Below are positions 17,452-25,317 of a stretch of 36,148 nucleotides of DNA, piece after piece (position 1 is the first letter of the stretch; each line of letters starts with the position of its first letter). The position numbers were made by a program, and so were the translations under genes. The stretch is from sequence record SRR22947725_8545; one strand, written 5' to 3'. A model generated the notes under the pieces. It worked only from the letters and a program-made list of their open reading frames with translations. It was not told the DNA's origin and ran no database searches.

Positions 17452-18915
17452 CTACTCATACTTGTATTTGACCACCCAGGGATCACCACTTGCTTCCTGA
17501 AACGCCCTGAGCCGATCCTGCAGATTTATCAAGGTGCGTTCAAATTCAGGGTTAGATGCCAGATTCTCTATTTCAGCAGGATCTGCTTCCATATTGTAAA
17601 GCTCATGGCGCGGTCTTTGTATGTAGTCGCCGATGCGGCGTTTCCCATAGAGACCATCCATGCCGTCTTTGACCGCCGCCTGCCAGGTCGGAGCTTCATA
17701 TAGATCTGATGCAAAAGGGTAGGGGAGTTGATGTGCCAGATTGAGGGTGTATTTGAATTGTCTGGTTCGGATCACACGCATGGGATAATACATGGTGATT
17801 TCATGGAAAGTGTGAGAGGCAAAAACATAATCCCATTCCAGTGCTTTTTCCTTTTCGAGTATGGACAAAAAGGACCGGCCATGAAAGGCATACGGAGCCC
17901 TCTCACCGCGACTGTTGTTATGCTCAAGTCTGGAAAGGTCTATTCCGGCAAAGTCCAACAAGGTTGGAGTCAAGTCAGTCCATGAGACCATGGCATCCGT
18001 GGCGATACCCCTTTTGGATTGATCTGGACTGCGGACAATCAAGGGCAGGCGCATGCCAGGTTCATAGAGCGTCGTCTTGGCACCGGGAAATGCAATGCCG
18101 TTGTCTGACAGGTAAAGTATCAGGGTGTTTTCATATTGATCGGCTTCTTTCAAGATCTGTACTAGCCTGCCAAGCCCCTGATCTATTCTTGACACACTCT
18201 GGTAATATTGCGCCAGTTCCGCACGGCATTCCGGTGAATCCGGAAGGTAGTCCGGGACGAGCACTTCTTGCGGATCGTAAATAAGCTCTTTAACTCCCTC
18301 ATAAGTCTGATTGTTCCCAAAACGATTGGGTTTGTAGGGGAGCTCATTGGCATACCCGCCACCTCTGTGGGGATCTGAAGTACAGAAATACAGAAAAAAT
18401 GGTCTGCTTTTGTCTTTGTTGATGAAGGGTTGGCATTTCTCCGCCATACTTACCGGATTCCTTGAACCACCTTGATTGCCGGTAAGGTGTTGGTCGAATG
18501 GATAGATTTCTTCCGGTGCCACGTGGTACTTCCCGATGCGGGCTGTTCGATATCCCGCTTTGGATAGCCAGGTTGGCAGACTGACAACGGAATCTTTGGT
18601 GTGGAATCGATGGTAGCTGTGTTGATGCCCGTATTGACCATTCGCATGATTATACAATCCAGTGAGGATTACGGAGCGACTGGCGCTGCAGCTTGCTGTC
18701 GTGCAAAATGCATAATCAAATCGGGTGCCATCCTTTGCCAACGCATCAAGATGTGGTGTTTGAATGGCGGCGTTCCCGTAGCATCCCGCATCCCTGCCTT
18801 GGTCATCCACTACAAACATGACAATGTTGCGCGCGAGTTTGACATCTTCCTGAGCACTCAGGGAAAGCGCCAGCAAGAACAACAGAAGACAAGCGTTTTT
18901 AATTGTTGATTTCAT
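17452..18915 (-). CDS. Secreted sulfatase, N-sulfoglucosamine sulfohydrolase (sulfamidase)-like
   Basis: NIVMFVVDDQG, FGly motif variant CSASRSVILTG, GKYHV, DPHR, SDNG and FASHTFHEITMYYPMR (resembles SGSH); Sec signal peptide. Confidence 0.92.
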   Translation of the reverse strand: MKSTIKNACLLLFLLALSLSAQEDVKLARNIVMFVVDDQGRDAGCYGNAAIQTPHLDALAKDGTRFDYAFCTTASCSASRSVILTGLYNHANGQYGHQHSYHRFHTKDSVVSLPTWLSKAGYRTARIGKYHVAPEEIYPFDQHLTGNQGGSRNPVSMAEKCQPFINKDKSRPFFLYFCTSDPHRGGGYANELPYKPNRFGNNQTYEGVKELIYDPQEVLVPDYLPDSPECRAELAQYYQSVSRIDQGLGRLVQILKEADQYENTLILYLSDNGIAFPGAKTTLYEPGMRLPLIVRSPDQSKRGIATDAMVSWTDLTPTLLDFAGIDLSRLEHNNSRGERAPYAFHGRSFLSILEKEKALEWDYVFASHTFHEITMYYPMRVIRTRQFKYTLNLAHQLPYPFASDLYEAPTWQAAVKDGMDGLYGKRRIGDYIQRPRHELYNMEADPAEIENLASNPEFERTLINLQDRLRAFQEASGDPWVVKYKYE

Positions 18916-19236
18916 GAGATTAAAGAGACTGGGTTATTTGTTTCAGATTTTAACAGAAGCCTATTAGTGAAGGGGAGGTTTTCGTTGCTGCCTTCGCTTG
19001 GTCATGATTTTGAGCAGCTTTTCATTATCTTGATCTGCATGGTTAACGTGCCGAGAAATTGTGGTGCAGCACTGAAGTTTAAGTCTTAAATGTTAGCTTC
19101 TGCGGTGTGACCCACAAGGATTTTTTAGTCCATATACGAGCAGGGTATGTTTCCATTCCTGTAACTGACTGATTCAGCTTTGACGGAATTGTATGACATT
19201 ACAAACTTTCAATAAAGCCCATTGCGATCGAATATC

Positions 19237-19380
19237 ATGGAATCCAAAGCGACCATTCGCATTGGAGATCAGAGTCACGAATACCCAACGATGGTTGGCA
19301 CTGAAGATGAGTATGCCATTGATGCGCGAAACTTGCGCGCTGACAGTGGATTGATCACATACGATCAGAGGTATGGCTAA
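19237..19380 (+). pseudogene. gltA: Truncated citrate synthase N-terminal remnant (47 codons)
   Basis: Translates MESKATIRIGDQSHEYPTMVGTEDEYAIDARNLRADSGLITYDQRYG*. This matches the start of hexameric (E. coli-type) citrate synthases (..P...GTE...IDI..L....G..TYDPG(F/Y)..T) and stops where GNTGSC.S.IT would follow. It is absent from the supplied ORF track. Confidence 0.8.
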
Positions 19381-19464
19381 TCATCCTCATCAGGAAATTC
19401 ATCGCCCGCGCCAAATCCATGCTGACGCATCAGAACGTGCCTATCTCCGCCTGGTAAAACGTCC

Positions 19465-19863
19465 TTAATCCTGACCCTGGGAGTCAGGTGTCTGAATATC
19501 TCGTCCCGTTGCCTGGAGAATGCTTTCTTTGAATGCTTCGGGGCTCACGTCTTTGGGAATTGCTTTGCATGTTTTTTCGAATCCAGGGAAATTCCACAAA
19601 TTAGGGAAGTCTCGGCACTGTTGGGGTTTGACAGACTGGATGCTGCATTTGTCATCCTCCAAAAAAATGCATGAACCGTTGGATTGATCCTGAAGAGCTA
19701 ACCCCTTTCGGGACTGGTTCAACCTTGTGAATTGCTGAATAAATGTATTTTCATCCTGTTCAAGAAATGCAGCGATGCGGGTGATTTCATCCTCCGAAAG
19801 CTTGACCTGGCCCGGCCAGCGGCAACAGGCAGTGCAGCGTTGACATTCAAAAAAAATGGGCAT
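19465..19863 (-). CDS. YkgJ family cysteine-cluster (CxxCxxCC) protein, putative Zn/Fe-S binding
   Basis: FECQRCTACC, GSCIFLEDDKCSIQSVKPQQCRDFP and a further C-terminal Cys. Confidence 0.9.
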   Translation of the reverse strand: MPIFFECQRCTACCRWPGQVKLSEDEITRIAAFLEQDENTFIQQFTRLNQSRKGLALQDQSNGSCIFLEDDKCSIQSVKPQQCRDFPNLWNFPGFEKTCKAIPKDVSPEAFKESILQATGRDIQTPDSQGQD

Positions 19864-19891
19864 TTCAAGATTTGGTCAAATCCGTTGCTCC

Positions 19892-20917
19892 CTAATCCAA
19901 ACTTATCTCAATGTTTGCTTCCCTCTTCAGCTTGTGGAGGTATTCAGGTAAAAGTTTCTCAACATTTTCAGCTTCCAATTGCAACTTGATACGCTCGGAA
20001 ACTTCAGGGAAAGGCTGGTATTCCTTGGGAAACTTTTTCATCAACTTGACAACATGGTAGCCAGTTCCGGTCTTGATCACAGTAGACACCTGTCCCTCTT
20101 GGAGAGCGAACACGGCTTCCTCCAACGTTGGGTTATTACTTCCTTTTGCTATGGTAACCTGTCCCTGATTTGCTTTCGTTACGGCATCTTCAGAATAAGT
20201 TTCTACCAGTTTGATGAAATCTTCCCCAGAGCTTGCTTTTTTTTGGGCTTCTTTTGCCCTGGTCAGTCGCTTTGTTTTCTCGGTTGAGGATAGCGGTTCT
20301 CCTGTCAATTTGCTTCTCGCCGGAATGTAAATATTTCGAAGTTCGGCACGCTCGGGAATAGCAAACACCTCCTTGTTGACGTCGTAAAATGCACGCGCTT
20401 TTTCGCTGGTCACGATGAAGTTGGCTTTTAAATCAGCATCGATAACCTCTTTGACGATGGCTTGTTCAGTGACTTGGTCCTTGAAATATTCCAAGTCCAT
20501 TCCTGTTGAGAGCAGCTGTCTCTCGAATGTCTCCCTCGAAGGGTGTTGCTGTATCAAATCTTCAAGGAAATATTTTGCATTCAATTTGCCTCTCCTTTTT
20601 TGCTCCTGGGTTGCCTTGTTCAAGAGGATTTTCGTCGTAATTAACTTATCCAGTATCTGGGCTTCAACTTCATCGTTCAGGTGAGGTGGTATGGGGTTTC
20701 CCTGTGAGACTCGGTTCGCTTTCGTTGTGATGATCGCCTTGTCGAGTTCAGAGCGATTGATTTCCAGATCCTTGCCGGTGGCGACGATGTCATTACTGAA
20801 AAGATCTGAAAGATTATTGGTTTTGAGCGCGCTTGATTGAGCCTCAAGAGGCTGGTAGCCGTTTAACAGAGTTGAAATCAGGCAATAAAACAATAGATTG
20901 GATGCCTTCAGCTTCAT
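19892..20917 (-). CDS. PrsA/SurA-like periplasmic chaperone with a parvulin (PpiC) domain
   Basis: Signal peptide, SurA-N-like helical region, GEDFIKLVETYSED and LEEAVFALQEGQVSTVIKTGTGYHVVKL; ATGA overlap with serA. Confidence 0.88.
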   Translation of the reverse strand: MKLKASNLLFYCLISTLLNGYQPLEAQSSALKTNNLSDLFSNDIVATGKDLEINRSELDKAIITTKANRVSQGNPIPPHLNDEVEAQILDKLITTKILLNKATQEQKRRGKLNAKYFLEDLIQQHPSRETFERQLLSTGMDLEYFKDQVTEQAIVKEVIDADLKANFIVTSEKARAFYDVNKEVFAIPERAELRNIYIPARSKLTGEPLSSTEKTKRLTRAKEAQKKASSGEDFIKLVETYSEDAVTKANQGQVTIAKGSNNPTLEEAVFALQEGQVSTVIKTGTGYHVVKLMKKFPKEYQPFPEVSERIKLQLEAENVEKLLPEYLHKLKREANIEISLD

Positions 20918-22515
20918 GAGAGTTTTATAATGCGAATACTGCTGATATCCTCATCCCTTTGAATTTCATCCAGTATGGTGTTTTCCGGGATGCTGTCCAA
21001 GTTCAGGACTGTCAATGCGTGGCCACCTTCGCGGTCTCGGTGCAAGCTCATGTTGGCAATGTTGATTTGGTGTTTTGCCAGAATACCCCCCAAGTGGCCG
21101 ACAATACCGGGACGGTCCCTGTTGGTAATCAGACAAAGCACCCCCTTTGGGTCGATTTCAACAGGTTGACTATCCAGGCGAACGATCCGTGGTTTCATTT
21201 GAGCGCCAAAGAAAGTTCCGCCGGCAGATGATTTTTCTTCGCCTTTAAATGCAGCGACGTGAAGCCACTCGTTAAAATCGGTTTCCTCATTGGATTTGAC
21301 CAGTTCAACAACGATACCCAGCGATTTTGCCATGGCTTTGGCATTGATTTGATTGACGTCCGCTCCACCTGCACTGGCCAGAAAACCGGTCAGGATAAAT
21401 CGCGCAATCGGATCACTTGGCATTTCCGTGGCTTTACCTCCGAAGGTAATGACCAGTCGATCGTTTTGTTGAGGAGCCAATTGTGAAACAAGCCGGCCAA
21501 GTTTTTGTCCCAAAGTTAAGTATGGTTTGACCTTGGCATAAGTCTTTGCATCCAGGCTGGGCATATTCACGGCATTCTGGATGGCTCCTGTCAAAAGATA
21601 GGAACTGATGGATTCACCGATTTCAATGCCAACGTTTTGTTGAGCCTCCTGCGTGCTTGCTCCCAGGTGAGGTGTCGTAATGATTTCAGGTATTTCCCTG
21701 AATGGGTGGTTCGCGTCCAGGGGTTCCTTGCTGTAAACATCGATCGCGGCCCCCGCAATGATACCGGATTTAACTGCCTCAACCAGGTCCTCCTCCTGCA
21801 CAATGCCGCCGCGTGCACAATTGAGAATACGCATCCCTTTTTTCATTTTTGCGAAGGCATCTTCATTGATCATGCCACGAGTCTCATCCGTCATTGGCAT
21901 GTGGACAGTGATGAAATCGGCCTTTGCATAAATCGCGTCTAAGGTGGCAATTTCGACTTGAATGGCTTTCGCTCTGGAAGGGGAAAGGTATGGGTCAAAA
22001 GCAAGCACGTGCATCCCAAATGCCTGAGCTCGCTTTGCGACCTCAGTGCCGATTCGACCCAGTCCAAGAATGGCCAGTGTCTTGTTGTAAAGTTCGGTGC
22101 CGGAAAAGGCTTTACGGTTCCATTCCTTGTTGGACATGGACATGTGAGCCTGAGGTATCTTTCTTGCCAGGGCCATCAACATGGCAAAGGTCAGTTCGGC
22201 GGTTGAGATCGTATTACCGCCAGGCGTGTTCATTACGACAATGCCGCGTTGAGTCGCAGACTCAACATCTACATTATCGACTCCAACACCCGCGCGTCCA
22301 ACTACTTTCAGGCAAGGCGAATGCTCGATGACCTTGGCCGTAATTTTGGTCTCTGATCGAACCACGTAGGCGCTGACATCACCCGCCATTGAAATGAGCT
22401 CGTCCTCACTGGGCCGTTTTTCGAGGACAACGACCTCGAGTTCAGATTGCTTTTGGAAATATTCGATTCCCTTTGCTGAGATTGGATCGCAGATCAATAC
22501 TTTCATCTTTTTCAA
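20914..22515 (-). CDS. serA: D-3-phosphoglycerate dehydrogenase (type I, with ASB and ACT domains)
   Basis: VVRSETK, GRAGVGVDNVD, NTPGGNTISTAE, GLGRIG, NCARGG, TPHLGASTQEAQ and ACT domain NRDRPGIVG..INIANM. Start is TTG at 22515 or ATG at 22506. Confidence 0.97.
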   Translation of the reverse strand: MKKMKVLICDPISAKGIEYFQKQSELEVVVLEKRPSEDELISMAGDVSAYVVRSETKITAKVIEHSPCLKVVGRAGVGVDNVDVESATQRGIVVMNTPGGNTISTAELTFAMLMALARKIPQAHMSMSNKEWNRKAFSGTELYNKTLAILGLGRIGTEVAKRAQAFGMHVLAFDPYLSPSRAKAIQVEIATLDAIYAKADFITVHMPMTDETRGMINEDAFAKMKKGMRILNCARGGIVQEEDLVEAVKSGIIAGAAIDVYSKEPLDANHPFREIPEIITTPHLGASTQEAQQNVGIEIGESISSYLLTGAIQNAVNMPSLDAKTYAKVKPYLTLGQKLGRLVSQLAPQQNDRLVITFGGKATEMPSDPIARFILTGFLASAGGADVNQINAKAMAKSLGIVVELVKSNEETDFNEWLHVAAFKGEEKSSAGGTFFGAQMKPRIVRLDSQPVEIDPKGVLCLITNRDRPGIVGHLGGILAKHQINIANMSLHRDREGGHALTVLNLDSIPENTILDEIQRDEDISSIRIIKLS

Positions 22516-22524
22516 AGGCCACCC

Positions 22525-22553
22525 AATCTAGGCAAACCGCCCTGACAGGTCAA
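22525..22553 (-). promoter_or_regulatory. Putative sigma70 promoter of serA-ppiC-ykgJ
   Basis: The minus strand reads TTGACC-N17-TAGATT, 9 nt before the TTG start. The -35 is overlapped by the inverted repeat ACAGGT-N3-ACCTGT (22545-22559). Confidence 0.55.
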
Positions 22554-22587
22554 ACCTGTAAAATACAATTGAATTGGTAAGTTCGTG

Positions 22588-22617
22588 TTGCCATGGTTTT
22601 CTCAGGCTGGCTAACCT
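22588..22617 (+). promoter_or_regulatory. Putative promoter for the small ORF and IscS-like gene
   Basis: TTGCCA-N18-TAACCT, followed by 6 nt and then the ATG at 22624. Confidence 0.4.
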
Positions 22618-22623
22618 TGCGGC

Positions 22624-22788
22624 ATGGATCGCAGTAAAGATCCCAAAATGGATCAAGCTTCCATTTGCTTTGGGCAGGATGCAATGCATGCCCACGCTGG
22701 TAGCATGCTGTTGAAAGTGAATTCACAGTCAGGACTCATTTTCGGTTGTTATGAAGAAAACCGGCAGGAAAACCTTTTGATCGCTTAG
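22624..22788 (+). CDS. Candidate small protein (54 aa), function unknown
   Basis: ATG at 22624 to TAG at 22788, translating MDRSKDPKMDQASICFGQDAMHAHAGSMLLKVNSQSGLIFGCYEENRQENLLIA. It fills the gap between a promoter-like motif and the IscS-like start (6 nt gap). No family recognised. Confidence 0.35.
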   Translation: MDRSKDPKMDQASICFGQDAMHAHAGSMLLKVNSQSGLIFGCYEENRQENLLIA

Positions 22789-22794
22789 AAAAAG

Positions 22795-24027
22795 ATGAAT
22801 CGTACTAACCTGGATGCCCAATCGAGTACGCCTCCTGCTCCCGAGGTCATTGAGGCAATGCGACCTTACTTATCAGGAAATTTCGCTGCTGCAGCATCCG
22901 CTCATTATTCTGGTAAACAAGTCCGCAAAGCGATTGAAAGAGCTAGAGAGCAGATCGCCGCTGCCATCAGTGCCTCTGATGTGGAGGAAATTATCCTTAC
23001 AGGGTCTGGGACTGAGGCCAATAATCTTGCAATCAAGGGTATCCTTGCCGCTCGAAAACCATTTGGTAATCATGTCATAAGCACCCCTTTAGACCATCCT
23101 TCTGTCTGGTTTTCTATTCAGTCGATGATTTCACAAGGCTTTGAGCATGGAGTTTGGGAAGTGGACGGAGTGGGGCGCCTGCCAGGTATTGAATCTCTTG
23201 GAGAAAAACTTCGACAGGATACAATCCTGGCTTCAGTGCCAGTTTCAACCCCAGAATTAGGAATCGTTCAACCGATTCATCCAATCTCTGAATGGTTAGA
23301 AAGAGAGGGCATTGCGCTGATGCTGGACGCCACTACTGCTGGCGGTTGGACACCTTTGGATGTCGCCACGTTGAAACCTTCGCTCATGAGCCTTTCGCCT
23401 CATCGATTTCATGGTCCTAAAGGAGTTGGTGTTCTCTACAAACGGCGAGGTGTTAGCCTTGTGCCATTGATACATGGTGGTAACCAAGAATTCGGTTTGC
23501 GCGCTGGAACTGAAAATGTAGCTAGTATTGTGGGCGCGGGGAAGGCATTTGAGCTGATGTCGGGAATCCTTGATGAACGCATTGAAAACGCATGCAAGCT
23601 GCAAACTTTTCTGCTCAGGGAGATTAAAACGAAAATTCCATCCACGGGTATCATTGGGCCTGCGCCAGGAAAGGATCGCTTGAGCAATCAACTCAACATC
23701 GTCTTTGAGGGTGTCGAAGGCGAAGCACTCATGCTGATGACCAATGTCAGGGGGCTTGATTGCCACACTGGAATCTCATGTGTGAATCGTCACATGGAGA
23801 GTAATCGAATACCCGAAGCTACGGGATTGCCTGATGACTTGTTTCGAAGCAGTCTTCTGCTGTCATGGCATGAGGAACATACCATGGCAGACCTGCGTGG
23901 GGCGGTTGAGATCATCGCAGCGTGCGTTGGTAAGTTGCGTGAAATGTCCCCTGTATGGAACAATCTACAGCGTGGTCGCATGCCTTCGCGCTTGAGCTTG
24001 CTGCCAGAAACCGTGAAGTCTTCTTAG
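22795..24027 (+). CDS. IscS/NifS-family cysteine desulfurase-like protein with a degenerate PLP active site
   Basis: Class V aminotransferase motifs EIILTGSGTEANNLAIKG, HGPKGVGVLY and HGGNQEFGLRAGTEN, plus the tail LREMSPVW. SPHR replaces SxHK. Confidence 0.9.
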   Translation: MNRTNLDAQSSTPPAPEVIEAMRPYLSGNFAAAASAHYSGKQVRKAIERAREQIAAAISASDVEEIILTGSGTEANNLAIKGILAARKPFGNHVISTPLDHPSVWFSIQSMISQGFEHGVWEVDGVGRLPGIESLGEKLRQDTILASVPVSTPELGIVQPIHPISEWLEREGIALMLDATTAGGWTPLDVATLKPSLMSLSPHRFHGPKGVGVLYKRRGVSLVPLIHGGNQEFGLRAGTENVASIVGAGKAFELMSGILDERIENACKLQTFLLREIKTKIPSTGIIGPAPGKDRLSNQLNIVFEGVEGEALMLMTNVRGLDCHTGISCVNRHMESNRIPEATGLPDDLFRSSLLLSWHEEHTMADLRGAVEIIAACVGKLREMSPVWNNLQRGRMPSRLSLLPETVKSS

Positions 24028-24116
24028 CGTTCCCTGTCTTGAATGGAAGAGTGTTTGAAGTTGTGGCTTTGATGCCAATGCATTAAATTTCATTCCAGTT
24101 GCAGCAACAAAATACC

Positions 24117-25307
24117 ATGAAACGTTATTTAACCGACAGCGCTTGCGCATCATTAGCCTTCTTTTGTTCCTTGTTATTTTACTGGCCCCTGTTCGCAGCT
24201 GATGACTCGATAGATTCGGCACGTATCCTGATGAAGGCAGGGGATAATGCCGCCCAGATTCGTTCAGCAATCAAGAAGGTGCCCTCCGAGTATCGCGAAG
24301 GTTTGAGTTTTCTGCTGAACTACATGCCAGAGCGTGATTTGCAGCAGCTTTCATCCGATTATCTGCTGGGAAATGTTCAATACGCTTACAAAGCATGGGA
24401 AGAATCCCCCTGGAAGGATCAGATTTCCAAAGACTTGTTTTTCAATAATATTCTTCCGTATGTGAGCATTAATGAAAGGCGTGATAATTGGAGACAGTCT
24501 TTCTATGAAAAATTCAAACCCTTGATTGAAGGGATTGATTCACCGGGACTTGCAGCAGCCACTCTTAACCAGAAAATATTCCCACTCCTGAAAGTAAAAT
24601 ATTCGACCAAGCGAAAAAAGGCGGACCAGAGTCCTTTCGAATCAATGGAATCTGGCTTAGCCTCTTGCACAGGGCTCTCCATCATGCTCATTGACGCCTG
24701 CAGAGCTGTGGGGATTCCCGCCAGATTTGTGGGGACGCCTTTGTGGTCTGATGGAAGTGGAAATCATTCCTGGGTTGAGGTCTATGATCAGGGCTGGCAT
24801 TTCACCGGGGCTGCGGAACCTGCAGGTGATGCCCTGAACAAGGCATGGTTTATAGGACGTGCAGCCAAGGCGCAACGAGACAGTCAGCCTCATGCGATTT
24901 ATGCGGTTTCATTTCGTCACACGCCCCAACCATTTCCCATGGTATGGAAACGAGGTGCTGATTATGTGCACTCGGTGAACGTGACGGATCGTTACACCCA
25001 GTTGGGGCAATCGTTGCCTCCAGGTCACGTTAACCTGATGTTTCGCATCTTCGATGGCGGATCGGGTGATCGATGTTCTGCTCCTTTGACAATTAAGCAA
25101 TCAGACGGGGATGTTATTTTCCAAGGTAAATCAAAAGACGAACGCTTTGATGCGAACGATCACCTGACGGTTGCAGTTCCAGAGGGAGAAACTTTTCACC
25201 TTAGTATCCCCTCCAAATCAGGGATGCCCCTTACCAGAATCATCAAGGCAGAATCAGGCGGTCAGTTGATTGAACTTGAGTTGCCTTCTGGAAAAGATTC
25301 CAGATAA
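24117..25307 (+). CDS. Secreted transglutaminase-like domain protein
   Basis: LFFNNILPYVSINERRDNWR and ASCTGLSIMLIDACRAVGIPARFVG..GNHSWVEVYD (Cys/His); signal peptide from the ATG at 24117. Confidence 0.85.
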   Translation: MKRYLTDSACASLAFFCSLLFYWPLFAADDSIDSARILMKAGDNAAQIRSAIKKVPSEYREGLSFLLNYMPERDLQQLSSDYLLGNVQYAYKAWEESPWKDQISKDLFFNNILPYVSINERRDNWRQSFYEKFKPLIEGIDSPGLAAATLNQKIFPLLKVKYSTKRKKADQSPFESMESGLASCTGLSIMLIDACRAVGIPARFVGTPLWSDGSGNHSWVEVYDQGWHFTGAAEPAGDALNKAWFIGRAAKAQRDSQPHAIYAVSFRHTPQPFPMVWKRGADYVHSVNVTDRYTQLGQSLPPGHVNLMFRIFDGGSGDRCSAPLTIKQSDGDVIFQGKSKDERFDANDHLTVAVPEGETFHLSIPSKSGMPLTRIIKAESGGQLIELELPSGKDSR

Positions 25308-25317
25308 CGCGATAGTC

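Noticed and set aside
19061-19115. Imperfect hairpin (GTGG..GAAG-TTTAAG/CTTAAA..CTTC..CCAC) upstream of the gltA remnant
   Set aside because: It has many bulges and matches no riboswitch or ncRNA family I recognise.
19377-19464. Short minus-strand acidic frame (MRQHGFGAGDEFPDEDD) after ykgJ, a possible frameshift extension
   Set aside because: Only 17 codons from the ATG, no slippery site or homology seen, and ykgJ is complete without it.
19892-20917. Parvulin first His replaced (ELRNIYI) as a sign of a novel function
   Set aside because: Degenerate parvulin sites are common in SurA/PrsA/PpiD-type chaperones.
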